A stretch of 64,000 nucleotides of DNA. Source: Roseibacillus sp. (GTDB lineage Bacteria; Verrucomicrobiota; Verrucomicrobiia; Verrucomicrobiales; Akkermansiaceae). Below the pieces are notes generated by a model that saw only the letters and a program-made list of their open reading frames with translations, searched no databases and was not told the DNA's origin. The stretch spans positions 544,001 to 608,000 of the forward strand of contig JBPOGI010000001.1 in assembly GCA_051251855.1 (NCBI GenBank), in the 5' to 3' direction. Positions 19,391-29,401 of the stretch are shown here, piece by piece. The position numbers and the translations under genes are program-made. Numbering within the stretch: the first letter of the stretch is position 1; every line of letters begins with the position of its first letter.

Positions 19391-21028
19391 TTAATCCATG
19401 GAGATGGTCTTGGGCCACCCTGAGAATTGTTTGGCGTCGGGTTGGGTTACGTCGGAGAAGCGCGGCCAGCACTCGAAAGTGACATCTTGCTCGTCTTTGT
19501 GGAAGCGGATGATTCCCCAGCCGTCGGCGCGGCCTTGCATGTTCTTTTTCGATCTGTCTTCGTCTGGATTGGCATAGGCATGCATGGTGACTTTGTTGTT
19601 AAAGCCATCCATGTAGTCACCGACCCAAGGAAGAGTGGAGCCTTCGGGAGCATTGGGACCAGCCTTCTCGTCCTCGGGCCACCACCAGCGTCCGTAGTAG
19701 CTGTTTACGATGGCGGGAACAACGAAGGCCCAAGGACCGTCGCTGTAGTCGTCGATGCCATGCTGGATGAGGGTGGCGAGGTGTTGGTCGCCAGCGATGT
19801 GAACGGCGTTGGCCTTTTTGATGAGTTTGAGAGCGTTGTTACGTCCAGTCTGGGGCCATCCGTTAGAGTCCATGTCGGCATGGAGGCGGTTCTCGGGCTT
19901 GCCGTGTAAGTGGGCGCCGCCGCAGAAGCCAGTCTGCGAGAGAACGGCCTTCATGGAGATGCCGTCGGTGTTGTCGGCCCAATCTTCCAAGAAGAAGAGT
20001 TGGCGGTCGCCGAGAAGTTTGAGGCCTGGAACGTCGACGACGGTAGGATCATACTCGGGGTCACGAATGTGGTCGGGGCGAGGCCCCTTCATGGGATGGC
20101 GGCCCATGGGACCGGTCTTGAATTTGCGGTCCTCGAGAATCGCGAAGTCGATCCCTCCTAAGATGAGATTTGTGTAGTAGACTCCAATGCCTTGTTCGAT
20201 GGGAGTGGCATCATAGGGATCGGGGAGGTGTGCGCATTGTTGGCGCTCGACCATTTTGACGTATTCAGGGTGAAAGACGTAGCCGCCATCATGACCGACC
20301 TTGGTCGTCGACTTCTTTCCATTCTCTCCCCAAAGGTTGCCTTGCCCAATATCATGGTCATCGGGAATGGTGATGCAGGGACGAGTGCGGAAGAGCTCTT
20401 TGAAGGCGAGTCCGAACTTGAGCCAGGCGGCAGTGTGCTCCTTGTGATCGTATGACTGGTCACCCGCGAAGAAAACGAGGTCGGGGTCTTGAGCGCTGAT
20501 GTTGCGGGTGTATTCTTCGCGAAGACCTCGGTCTCTGTTTGAGTTGCAAGAAAGAGCAGCCAGCACGATCTCTTTCTTATCAGTCGGATCTTTGCGGATG
20601 AGTCCTTCGAAAGTGGCTTTTTCGCCATGGAGGAGACGGTATTTTATGTCTTTGTCCATTTCCCACTCTTCGATGCGGAAGGCGGTGGACCAGCCGAAGT
20701 CACTGACTTCTTGTTTGCCAATTTCAACCCACTTGCCATCGCGATCGACTTCGAGGCGAACGACGCGGGTTTCTTTAGGGTAAAGGGGATAGAGCTGGGC
20801 TGAGAGCTTGAGGATACCGTTGTGGGTGGTGTAGATACCAAAGGCGATTGTCTGATCGCGTGGGACCTTGAGGTCGATGATGGGAGACTCCTTCCTGTTC
20901 CACCAATCATTGGTGGCGAGGGAGTCTTCGCCCATCTCGAAAGGGGCAGTCACGGGCGGTTCGCCGTATTCGTCGGCATAGAGAAGTCCTGCGGTGAGCA
21001 GAATGAGAGTGGAGGGAAGTACCTTCAT
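19391..21028 (-). CDS. PhoD-like (alkaline phosphatase D family) metallophosphoesterase, secreted
   Basis: ALSCN, FFAGDQSY, IPDDHDIGQGNLWG, LEDRKFK, DMDSNGWPQTGRN, IAGDQHL; signal peptide. Confidence 0.8.
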   Translation of the reverse strand: MKVLPSTLILLTAGLLYADEYGEPPVTAPFEMGEDSLATNDWWNRKESPIIDLKVPRDQTIAFGIYTTHNGILKLSAQLYPLYPKETRVVRLEVDRDGKWVEIGKQEVSDFGWSTAFRIEEWEMDKDIKYRLLHGEKATFEGLIRKDPTDKKEIVLAALSCNSNRDRGLREEYTRNISAQDPDLVFFAGDQSYDHKEHTAAWLKFGLAFKELFRTRPCITIPDDHDIGQGNLWGENGKKSTTKVGHDGGYVFHPEYVKMVERQQCAHLPDPYDATPIEQGIGVYYTNLILGGIDFAILEDRKFKTGPMGRHPMKGPRPDHIRDPEYDPTVVDVPGLKLLGDRQLFFLEDWADNTDGISMKAVLSQTGFCGGAHLHGKPENRLHADMDSNGWPQTGRNNALKLIKKANAVHIAGDQHLATLIQHGIDDYSDGPWAFVVPAIVNSYYGRWWWPEDEKAGPNAPEGSTLPWVGDYMDGFNNKVTMHAYANPDEDRSKKNMQGRADGWGIIRFHKDEQDVTFECWPRFSDVTQPDAKQFSGWPKTISMD

Positions 21029-21185
21029 ATAGCTAAGAACGTTGACAGTAGGGGGAAAACTAACGAGAAAATTCGTTTTTTTACTAAAGTGGCTTTGTTG
21101 TTACCGCGGGGTACAGTTTCAGGGTCACTTACTGGTGACGATTGAAGACGAAAAAAAGCGTGAGAAATTTGAGATTGGCCGTTGA

Positions 21186-21599
21186 ATGAGGGTGATGAGT
21201 CGTAAAAAGAAAAAAGAGTTTCGTGGCGAGGACCCGTCACCACTTCCGAATGCTTTTGGGGCTTTGGACGGGCTTGGTGATTTGCCATCGGGACCGGCGG
21301 GGGAGCTTCCTGAGGTATCCGGAAAAGCTTCCAAGCGAGGTCAAAAGAATATGAGTCGCGGTCGCGTCGATATCATTCGGCAAACGGCTCATCGTGGTGG
21401 CAAAGCGGTCACCATTGTGAGTAACTTTACCGGTATTGGTTTGCCCGAGAAGCAAGCTCTGGCAAAGAAGATTCAGAAATCCTGTGGGGTCGGAGGAACG
21501 GTGAAAGATGGTTGCATTGAAATTCAGGGCGACAAACGAGACGAGGTGAAGCGCATTCTCACTGAGGCCGGCTTTCAACCGGTTTTTTCGGGCGGTTAG
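21186..21599 (+). CDS. yciH: SUI1 family translation initiation factor (YciH-like)
   Basis: RGGKAVTIV...LAKKIQKSCGVGGTVKDGCIEIQGD. Confidence 0.88.
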   Translation: MRVMSRKKKKEFRGEDPSPLPNAFGALDGLGDLPSGPAGELPEVSGKASKRGQKNMSRGRVDIIRQTAHRGGKAVTIVSNFTGIGLPEKQALAKKIQKSCGVGGTVKDGCIEIQGDKRDEVKRILTEAGFQPVFSGG

Positions 21600-21827
21600 A
21601 TTTTCATTTTATACAGATATTTTAGGTCTTCAGCCGTAAATATTTATAATGTGGGTTTGTGATAGGAAGTGGTGTGCGATTCAAGGTTGCGCACGAAGGA
21701 TGATTCTAACTAGCCTACAGAACGATAAATATTATCGAGAACACTGACGTTAGGATTGGAGAGCCTTCGGTCCTTCATCGGTCAGAGGCTCTTGATTCTC
21801 TTGAAACTTACTCAGCTGCTGAAAATC

Positions 21828-22652
21828 ATGAAAAACACCTTCTTCTTTCTCACCCCACTGAGTCTCCTTGTTGTCGGTCTCACTAGTGACGCCGCCATTC
21901 TTGCAGGTTATGATTTCGATGATGGAACTGGAGCACATGGGCCTACGCATGATCTTAGCGCAGTCCCAGCAGTCTTTGATGCGGGCACTCTTGTTGGGAC
22001 TTTAACTGCGACAGTTTCGGATGCTCAAGTGACGGCGAGCAGTTTTGGGACTGGAAGTGGTCTGAGCAACCTTATCAATCTTAGTAATGGGAATAGCAAC
22101 TTCAGCGACCTCGATGCGGAAGGAAATGTTTTTGGTTCGGCCAATGGAGTTGAGTTCGGAGGCGCTCGCAATGCTTTTGGTTTCACCGACATGAACAATG
22201 CTAACAACCTAGGGTTAGCGATTACTAACAATGACTACATGACCTTTTCGGTGACGCCAGATGCGGGCTCTCAGCTAGGGCTCTCGAGCTTCACCTTTCG
22301 GACTCGCTCCAATCAATCAGGGAATTCAGCCGAACGTTGGGCGCTGTTCTCCTCTGTGGACGGTTTTACCACGGGCAACCAAATCACTGCTGGTCGCACA
22401 ACCAATATAGGGACTTGGGGAGGGGCTACTAACAGTGTGGTTGTTGATTTGTCGGCAGCAAGCCTTCAGGACCTGACGGGGACTACCGAATTTCGACTTT
22501 ATATCTATGGTGGCAACAATGCCGGTAGCTCTGCGACCTTGTTCGATAAAGTGATTTTGAATGGTGCGGTTACGCCGATTCCCGAGCCCAGTTCACTGAT
22601 TCTGTTGGGACTTGGCCTCAGCGGTGTGACGTTTATTCGTCGCCGAAAGTAA
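21828..22652 (+). CDS. PEP-CTERM sorting domain protein
   Basis: Signal peptide; C-terminal IPEPSSLILLGLGLSGVTFIRRRK. Confidence 0.92.
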   Translation: MKNTFFFLTPLSLLVVGLTSDAAILAGYDFDDGTGAHGPTHDLSAVPAVFDAGTLVGTLTATVSDAQVTASSFGTGSGLSNLINLSNGNSNFSDLDAEGNVFGSANGVEFGGARNAFGFTDMNNANNLGLAITNNDYMTFSVTPDAGSQLGLSSFTFRTRSNQSGNSAERWALFSSVDGFTTGNQITAGRTTNIGTWGGATNSVVVDLSAASLQDLTGTTEFRLYIYGGNNAGSSATLFDKVILNGAVTPIPEPSSLILLGLGLSGVTFIRRRK

Positions 22653-22742
22653 TCCGATTTTTGTTGGCTATCTGGCCTCGTGATCCCCCTTTAGCTTCCT
22701 TCGAAATTAAGCGTGTTCTAGCAATTGAAAATATCCAGACCC

Positions 22743-25325
22743 ATGAGAAATACCCAGTTTGTTGTTTCCTTCCTTAGCATCCTCGCAGGAGCGAGTGCTG
22801 CCCGTGCCCAAGTTATCGCAGGGTATGATTTTGACGATGGAGCGGGAGTAGCCACTACGGTGGTTACTGTGAGAGCCTCTAATACTACCGCTACCGATTT
22901 TGGAGTCGGAGGAGGGCTTCTTTCGAACGTCAATGGACCTAATGGCAATAGTAATGCGAGTGACCTCGATGCTGAAGGGAATGTATTTGGAACCGCGACA
23001 GGGTTGGAGTTTGGTGGAGCTCGGACTCAGTTCGGTTTCACCGACATGAACAACGCTGACAATTTAGGTCTGGCCATCACTAACGATGACTACATGATTT
23101 TTACCGTCACACCAGATGCGGGGTTTGAGCTGGGGCTTAGTAGTTTCACTTTCCGGACTCGAGCCAATAACGCGAGCAATTCGGCCCAAAGATGGGCTTT
23201 GTTTTCTTCTGTGGATGGCTTCACGAATGGCGACCAAATTGCCACTGGAGTAACGACTGACCTAGCAAACTGGGACGCAGCTTCAAACAATGTGGTGGTG
23301 AGTCTTGCTGAATTAAAATTTCAAAGCCTGACTACGGCCACCGAGTTGCGTCTTTATGTCTATGGAGGTAATAACTCAGGTTCCTCTGCAACCTTGTTTG
23401 ACAAAGTGATTCTCAACGGTTCCGTTACTGCCGCGGGGAACCCTGACAGTGACAATGACAATCTTCTTGATGCGTGGGAGAATTTAACGGCAGGGAACTT
23501 GGTTGATTTGACGGGGTTGGTCAGCGGCCCAGGACCTGGAACGGGCACAGGAGATTTTGATAATGATGGTCTCACAGACCTTGAAGAATTCAACCTGGCA
23601 GTAACCAATGCGACTTTCCCCGACTTGGACCCAACGGAACTCGATAGTGATGGCGATGGGCTCAATGATGGTGATGAGGTGAATGGCTCTCCGGCGACTG
23701 ATCCTACTGATTCCGATACGGATGGTGATGGTTTGTCCGACCATCAGGAGATTCTAGGGCAGGATCAGAATGGTGATTCAACTGGATTCGGAGCTTCTAA
23801 CCCAATCTTGGTAGATTCCGATATGGATGGTGTGAGTGATGGTAATGAGGTTAGCTACTCGCCTGCGAGTGACCCGAATACTCCCGATGATACCGATGGT
23901 GACGGTCTTGCAAACGCGATCGAGGACTTCAATCTTAACGGTATTGTTGATGGCTTTGAGACCGATCCTCTTAATCCAGATACCGATGGCGACAATCTCT
24001 TGGATGGGGTTGAAGATGCGAACCAGGACGGAATTTTTGATGGGAATGAGACGGATCCACTTGCGGCAGACACTGATGTGGATGGCTTGAACGATGATGT
24101 TGATAGCGACCCTCTCGATCCAGATCAGGACGACGACGGAGTTCTGGATGGAGATGACTCTTCTCCTAATGACCCAACAAATGATTCCGATGGGGATGGC
24201 ATCGGCAACAACGATGAATTGCTTGGTAACAATGCCAGCGGCACTTCCCATGGATATGGTGCGACAGATCCTAATGCGGCGGATTCGGACAATGACGGCT
24301 TAGATGATGAACAGGAAATTGCGGGGCAGGGTGCCGATGATCTGTCCACTGGCTTCGGCCCCACCAACCCGAACGCTAATGATTCTGATACTGATGGTTT
24401 CGCTGATGGTAATGAACTGGTCTATGGCGGAAATCCAAATTTGATTGAAAGTGTGCTCCCTAATGCGGTCTTGGGTTACACTGCTACTGGAGGCGATTGG
24501 CTGACTGCTTTCGCTGCCAATGATATCGATGGCGATGGAGCCCTTGGAAGTGACGGCTCTATCTTCTATGGTTCCTTCACAGGCACTCAGGTTAGTGGGC
24601 AACCTTATAGTCTGAATGTGGAGAGTTCTCCGCTGCCAAGCTATTTGGTTTCTCATGGACCGGGCAGTGACTTCGTTTCTACGGCATGGGGATTTGCGAG
24701 TTACGGTATGATCGACGATCCCAACTTGCTCAATGACACCGACCAATTCGGGGGAGTGGCTGTGGGAAATGGGGGGAGCGCGGGCTCGACTCTTGAACTC
24801 GTCACCTTTGAGATTGATGGCCTGGCTGTAGGCCAAACAGTTCGTGTCGGTGTTTTAGGTGGTGTTGAAGGAAATGCAGGTGGGATTTGGGATTCTACCG
24901 AGATTATTCTCTCTGGTCCGAATTTCTTGATGGCTGGGCTTGGCCTCGAGGCGAATCCAGATGGCCTCGACGCTGGTTGGTTATTCTTCGATGTTTCTGA
25001 GAATGGCGTCTACACGGTATCCGGAACACGGCGAGCTAACAACGGTGGTGCAAGCATCGGGGGACTCACCTTCGACTCGATTGGTGGCCCTGAGGGGACT
25101 GTCCTCTGCGTCGAGAATGCAGCCAATGGGAGTGACCTTGTTTTTACTTGGGAAAGCCAAGCGGGTAAGCTCTACGATATTCGTCAGAGCACAGATCTCA
25201 GTGCCGATCCTTTCACATGGAGTGTCTGGCAGGCTGATATCGTTGCCGACGCATCAGGAACAAATGTGGAGACCTTTGCGCGTCCCGCGGACCTGAAAAG
25301 CTTCTTCGTCCTCGTTGAAAAGTAG
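22743..25325 (+). CDS. Large secreted protein: N-terminal domain paralogous to the adjacent PEP-CTERM protein, thrombospondin type-3-like Ca-binding repeats, a second globular domain and a C-terminal domain
   Basis: Signal peptide; about a dozen D-x-D-x-D-G-x-x-D repeats; ends ...FTWESQAGKLYDIRQSTDL...KSFFVLVEK. Confidence 0.85.
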   Translation: MRNTQFVVSFLSILAGASAARAQVIAGYDFDDGAGVATTVVTVRASNTTATDFGVGGGLLSNVNGPNGNSNASDLDAEGNVFGTATGLEFGGARTQFGFTDMNNADNLGLAITNDDYMIFTVTPDAGFELGLSSFTFRTRANNASNSAQRWALFSSVDGFTNGDQIATGVTTDLANWDAASNNVVVSLAELKFQSLTTATELRLYVYGGNNSGSSATLFDKVILNGSVTAAGNPDSDNDNLLDAWENLTAGNLVDLTGLVSGPGPGTGTGDFDNDGLTDLEEFNLAVTNATFPDLDPTELDSDGDGLNDGDEVNGSPATDPTDSDTDGDGLSDHQEILGQDQNGDSTGFGASNPILVDSDMDGVSDGNEVSYSPASDPNTPDDTDGDGLANAIEDFNLNGIVDGFETDPLNPDTDGDNLLDGVEDANQDGIFDGNETDPLAADTDVDGLNDDVDSDPLDPDQDDDGVLDGDDSSPNDPTNDSDGDGIGNNDELLGNNASGTSHGYGATDPNAADSDNDGLDDEQEIAGQGADDLSTGFGPTNPNANDSDTDGFADGNELVYGGNPNLIESVLPNAVLGYTATGGDWLTAFAANDIDGDGALGSDGSIFYGSFTGTQVSGQPYSLNVESSPLPSYLVSHGPGSDFVSTAWGFASYGMIDDPNLLNDTDQFGGVAVGNGGSAGSTLELVTFEIDGLAVGQTVRVGVLGGVEGNAGGIWDSTEIILSGPNFLMAGLGLEANPDGLDAGWLFFDVSENGVYTVSGTRRANNGGASIGGLTFDSIGGPEGTVLCVENAANGSDLVFTWESQAGKLYDIRQSTDLSADPFTWSVWQADIVADASGTNVETFARPADLKSFFVLVEK

Positions 25326-25393
25326 GCAGATTTGAGACCAAAGGACCTAGTTGTTTCACCAGTTTGACTGCTCAGATCGCGATCAGGCTGGTC

Positions 25394-25951
25394 CTAGTTT
25401 AACCAAGGATGCTCAGGGCAGAGGGCGAGGAGGCGGTGGAATGCGGAGAGTCCGTTGAGGGTATCGTTCCAAAGAGTTTGGTCGTGAGTCATCCCGAGGA
25501 AGTTTTCTGGGGCCGGGGAGGGCACCCAAGAGTTACGTTCCAATTCATCTTCGAGCTGTCCCGCAGTCCAGCCTGAGTATCCAGTGAAGGCTCGGACAAC
25601 TACGCCGGACTGCTTACTGCGTTCGATAGCGTCTTCTGCTGAAATTCTAATGGAAAAGCGAAGCTCCTTCTCTGGAGAGAGCCAGAAGGCGGCAAAGGTG
25701 AGGTGCTCGCGGGCGACGGGGCCACCGACATGAACGGGTATGCGGGCGAGTGCGGCGAGTGCTTCGTCCTTTAGAAAATCACCGACCGTATGCTCAGAGG
25801 GTTGGTTGAGAATGAGTCCGAAGGCGCCTTCGTTGGAGTGCTGGGCGAGGAGAACGACTGATTTGTGAAAAATGCCATCTCGCAGAGAGGGATCGGCGAG
25901 GAGAAGGTCCCCTTGTTTAAGGCTTTGATCTTGAGAGGATTTTTTCTCCAC
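25394..25951 (-). CDS. YqgE/AlgH family protein
   Basis: GDLLLADP...FHKSVVLL...GAFGLILNQP, GGPV, GYSGWTAGQLEDELERNSW, final PWLN. Confidence 0.92.
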   Translation of the reverse strand: MEKKSSQDQSLKQGDLLLADPSLRDGIFHKSVVLLAQHSNEGAFGLILNQPSEHTVGDFLKDEALAALARIPVHVGGPVAREHLTFAAFWLSPEKELRFSIRISAEDAIERSKQSGVVVRAFTGYSGWTAGQLEDELERNSWVPSPAPENFLGMTHDQTLWNDTLNGLSAFHRLLALCPEHPWLN

Positions 25952-26118
25952 AACCCTTAGTCTTCACATTCTTTGGATGGGGTCAAGAAAGCCTCTCTCG
26001 AAAATCTGTTAGGTTTTCTTAACGACATCGGTCGGAAGGAGGATCCATGAAGATTCCCTTTGTTGCTTTGGCCGAAAACTGGTCTTGGGTTTTATCGGCG
26101 TGTCCCTAGGGTGCGCGC

Positions 26119-27336
26119 GTGTCAGAACGTGCACTCCAGTGGCGAATCTCTCTCGTCTTTTTCCTGCTCGCAGCCATGCCTGGCTGCTGGGTGCCGGTGC
26201 TTTCAATTGTGCTGGAGGCAAAAGGGTGGCAGCACCTCACGGATTGGGTCTTTGTGATTCCCTCTCTAGGAGCGATTATTTCGCCTCTTTTTCTGGGAGC
26301 GCTCGCCGACCAGCGGATCAATGCGGAGAGAGTGTTGGCGGGAGTGATGCTGATAAATGCGATCTGTACAGCCTCTGCGTTCTGGTTTCTGGGTAGTGGT
26401 AATTCGGAGGGGTGGTTCCTTGTTTTTCTGGTAGCGAAGTCTTTGTTGGGGGCTCCCGCTTGGTCGTTGTTGATGGCGATTACTTTGACCCATCTCGCGG
26501 AACCGGAGCGACAGTTTGGAAAAGTTCGCGTTTGGGGGACCGTGGGCTGGATGATGGCGGGGTGGGGCATTAGTTGGTTTGCGCTCGATCAGTCACCTCT
26601 AACCGGCTTGGTGGCATCGGTGCTGGGGCTGATTGCGGCAGGGTGCTGTTTGACTCTGCCCGCGACTCCGCCTACCGGGGTTGCGAGCAAGTCTCTGGTC
26701 GATATTTTGGGCTTGAAGGCGTTTCGAATTTTGAAGGACCGAGATACGGGAGTCTATTTTCTTACAGCCTTTCTGTTCTCGATTCCGGTGGCGGCCTACT
26801 ACCCTTATAGCGCGAAATTTTTAAAGGTGTTAGGGGTCGAGAATGTGGCGACGATGTTATCCATTGGTCAGACTTCTGAAATCATAGCGATGCTTCTGAT
26901 GGGATGGACTTTTCGACGTTTAAGGCTGAAGTGGATTTTTCTCATCGCTTTGGGAACTGGGGTGTTGAGGTATCTTTTCTATCTCGTTCCGGCGTCGAGC
27001 GGTGAGGTCTCGCCGATGCAGGTGACTTGGGTTGTCTTGGGCATCTTTATGCATGGGTTCTGTTGGACTTTGTTTTTTGAGTCGGGTCGCTTGTTCGTCG
27101 ATCGCCGGGTGGAGACTGCGATGCGGAGTCAGGCACAGGCCCTTTTAACGGTTTGGACCGGTGGGGTTGCTACCATTATCGGGGTGTTTTTCTCGGGCTG
27201 GCTTTACCGCTGGTGTGTCGAGGGCGGAGGGCCAGGGTGGTTGGGTTTCTGGGCCATTTTAAGTGTTCTGTGTGGGGTGGCCCTCGTGGTGTTCGCGATT
27301 GGGTATCGGGGGCAACCGGTTCGTGAGCAAGGTTGA
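26119..27336 (+). CDS. MFS transporter, nucleoside:H+ symporter (NupG-like) family
   Basis: About 12 hydrophobic segments; GALADQR, FGKVRVWGTVGW, SIGQTSEI, HGFC, RSQAQAL. Confidence 0.85.
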   Translation: MSERALQWRISLVFFLLAAMPGCWVPVLSIVLEAKGWQHLTDWVFVIPSLGAIISPLFLGALADQRINAERVLAGVMLINAICTASAFWFLGSGNSEGWFLVFLVAKSLLGAPAWSLLMAITLTHLAEPERQFGKVRVWGTVGWMMAGWGISWFALDQSPLTGLVASVLGLIAAGCCLTLPATPPTGVASKSLVDILGLKAFRILKDRDTGVYFLTAFLFSIPVAAYYPYSAKFLKVLGVENVATMLSIGQTSEIIAMLLMGWTFRRLRLKWIFLIALGTGVLRYLFYLVPASSGEVSPMQVTWVVLGIFMHGFCWTLFFESGRLFVDRRVETAMRSQAQALLTVWTGGVATIIGVFFSGWLYRWCVEGGGPGWLGFWAILSVLCGVALVVFAIGYRGQPVREQG

Positions 27337-27339
27337 TGT

Positions 27340-28560
27340 CTACTCGTTGGTGCTTGTGCTCTGCGAGACCGAGGAGGGGAGTTGGATGGTAAAGGTGGTG
27401 CGTTGACCTGGAGTGGAGGTGACGGCAATGGTTCCTTGATGAGCCTCCACGGCACGCTTGACGATAGAGAGGCCGAGGCCTGTTCCCTTGATGCTATCTT
27501 GGCTGTGATGCTTTTCGACGCGGTAAAAACGCTTAAAGACAAAGGGGAGATCGGTGCTGGGGATGCCGACTCCGTTGTCGGATACCCATAGTGTAACCTC
27601 GCCGTTTTCGTCAGATTTTCCGCCTACTGCGAGATTGAGAGGTTTTGAAGGGTTTTGCTTGAGGGCGTTTTCAATGAGGTTGAAGAAGACCTGCGTCCAA
27701 TAGAAGCGGTCGCCGAGCAAGGTGAGATGTTCGTCGATGTCATTGAGTTGAACGGTAGCTTTTTGTTGATTGATGACCGACTCTAAGCGTTCGACTACAT
27801 CGTGAATGCAGCTGGAGTAGTTGAATGGTGAGAGATTGAGGGAAGTGATTTCGCCGGATTCTAAGCGCGAGATCATGAGCATATCTTCCACGATGCGGGC
27901 AATACGCTCGCCATGCTTTTGCATGATAAGAAGGGAGCGCTTAATAAATTGAGGGTCGTCGATTTCTCCTTCGACGAGATTCTCGAGGTAGCCGTTGATG
28001 ATGGAAAGGGGGGTGCGGAGTTCGTGGGAGGCGTTTGCGACGAAGTCTTTGCGAACTTGTTCGGTCTGATGTTCGGCGGTGATGTCGCGAATGACCACTC
28101 GGGTGATGGGTTTGGTGGCGTTTTTGTTGAGGGGGGAGGCGTCGATGAGCCAAGCCGTTTCACCGCGCTTTTCGGCCATGCCACGAGGGGAAGCTTGTTG
28201 GGGAAGCACCACTCGTTCGATGGCTTCGCGTCCCGTGGTGAGAGATTTTTCGATGGCTCGAGTTAGACGCTCATCAAGAAAAATCTCTTTGATGTTTCGC
28301 TCAAGGACAAGGCGGCCGGCCACGAGCTCGGTGGTCACCTCGTTGGCGAAAAGAATCTGGCCATTGGGATCGACGAGAAGGAAAGAGTCACTGAGAGCGT
28401 CGAGGAGTTGGTCTTGTTCTTTTCGAAGGCGTTTCTTCTGTCGTTTGAGGGAGGTCTTGACCTTTTCGGATGCGCGTTGGGTCGCCTTTTTTTGCCTCAG
28501 CCAAAGGGCTAGAAATACGAGTGCTGCGATGGCGCAGCAAATGGCGAGGAGGTGAGACAT
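27340..28560 (-). CDS. phoR: Sensor histidine kinase, PhoR-like
   Basis: N-terminal TM helix, PAS-like region, RKDFVANASHELRTPL, NLIENALK, DNGVGI, FKRFYRVEK, GTGLGLSIVK. Confidence 0.85.
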   Translation of the reverse strand: MSHLLAICCAIAALVFLALWLRQKKATQRASEKVKTSLKRQKKRLRKEQDQLLDALSDSFLLVDPNGQILFANEVTTELVAGRLVLERNIKEIFLDERLTRAIEKSLTTGREAIERVVLPQQASPRGMAEKRGETAWLIDASPLNKNATKPITRVVIRDITAEHQTEQVRKDFVANASHELRTPLSIINGYLENLVEGEIDDPQFIKRSLLIMQKHGERIARIVEDMLMISRLESGEITSLNLSPFNYSSCIHDVVERLESVINQQKATVQLNDIDEHLTLLGDRFYWTQVFFNLIENALKQNPSKPLNLAVGGKSDENGEVTLWVSDNGVGIPSTDLPFVFKRFYRVEKHHSQDSIKGTGLGLSIVKRAVEAHQGTIAVTSTPGQRTTFTIQLPSSVSQSTSTNE

Positions 28561-29250
28561 CTAGGAACCTTTAAGACGATAGCCGATTCCGCGTACTGTT
28601 TCCACAAGATTGGCATGCTCGCCCAGTTTGTTGCGGAGGCGCTTCATATGAGTGTCGAGGGTGCGGCTGTGAACTTCGTCGGAGTAGCCCCAGACGTTGC
28701 GCAGGATTTCGTTGCGATCTTGCGGGGTGTCAGGACGCTCGATGAGAAAGAGGAGAAGCTTGAATTCGGTGGAGGTGAGATCGACTTTCTCGTCTTTTAA
28801 GAAGAAGGTCATATTGTTTTTGTCGAGGCGGAAGGGCCCAGTTGTCACTTCGACGGCACCGGGGCTGGCTTCGAGGCGTCGCATAATGGCGTTGACGCGG
28901 AGGACGAGCTCTTTGGGGGAAAAGGGCTTGGTAAGGTAGTCGTCGGCACCGGCTTCAAATCCCTTAATGCGGTCCTCGATTTGGGCGCGAGCGGAAAGCA
29001 TGAGGACGGGGGTTTGGACTGTGCGGCTATCGCGGCGAAGCTCCTTGAAAACCGAATAGCCGTCTTTACCGGGAAGCATGAGGTCGAGGATGACGAGGTC
29101 AGGCCGTTCCTTGAGAGCCATGTCTTGTCCGGTGAGACCGTCGTTGGCGATCAGGATTTGGTAGCCCGCTCGCTCCAAATTGAAGGAGATCAGGTCTGCG
29201 ACATCGCGCTCGTCCTCGACGATAAGAATGGTTCCAGAGTTGTCGGGCAC
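28561..29250 (-). CDS. phoB: OmpR/PhoB family response regulator
   Basis: ILIVEDE, DLVILDLMLP, GADDYLTKPFSPKELVLRV, LTSTEFKLL, VWGY...SRTLDTHMKRLRNKL, ETVRGIGY. Probable GTG start at 29250; its stop abuts the phoR ATG. Confidence 0.85.
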   Translation of the reverse strand: MPDNSGTILIVEDERDVADLISFNLERAGYQILIANDGLTGQDMALKERPDLVILDLMLPGKDGYSVFKELRRDSRTVQTPVLMLSARAQIEDRIKGFEAGADDYLTKPFSPKELVLRVNAIMRRLEASPGAVEVTTGPFRLDKNNMTFFLKDEKVDLTSTEFKLLLFLIERPDTPQDRNEILRNVWGYSDEVHSRTLDTHMKRLRNKLGEHANLVETVRGIGYRLKGS

Positions 29251-29304
29251 GGGGCGGTATAGGCATAAAGAAGCGATTGATGGGAGCCAGAAGGTGTCCC
29301 AAGT

Positions 29305-29324
29305 CTGTGACGAATTCGTCACAG
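29305..29324. promoter_or_regulatory. Perfect 20-bp palindrome / Pho-box-like site upstream of phoB
   Basis: CTGTGACGAATTCGTCACAG. On the minus strand it reads CTGTGAC-GAAT-TCGTCAC, then 10 nt, then CACCTT (-10-like). Confidence 0.6.
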
Positions 29325-29401
29325 GAGGAGGCTGATTGTGATAAAATGGCTCGACCGAGCGTTGACGGGGCGGTGGGCGGCTGGTTAAGACATCCTAAGT
29401 A

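Noticed and set aside
21029..21185. Pho box upstream of the PhoD-like gene
   Set aside because: Only a single CTGTCAA half-site on the minus strand, with no 11-bp-spaced partner.
23440..24440. Repetitive DNA resembling an array or CRISPR (also ~45000-46510)
   Set aside because: The repeats are degenerate protein-level TSP3-like units inside ORFs; there are no identical repeats with spacers and no cas genes.
29306..29323. CRP-type site TGTGA...TCACA
   Set aside because: The spacer is 8 nt rather than the canonical 6; context favours a Pho-box-like reading.
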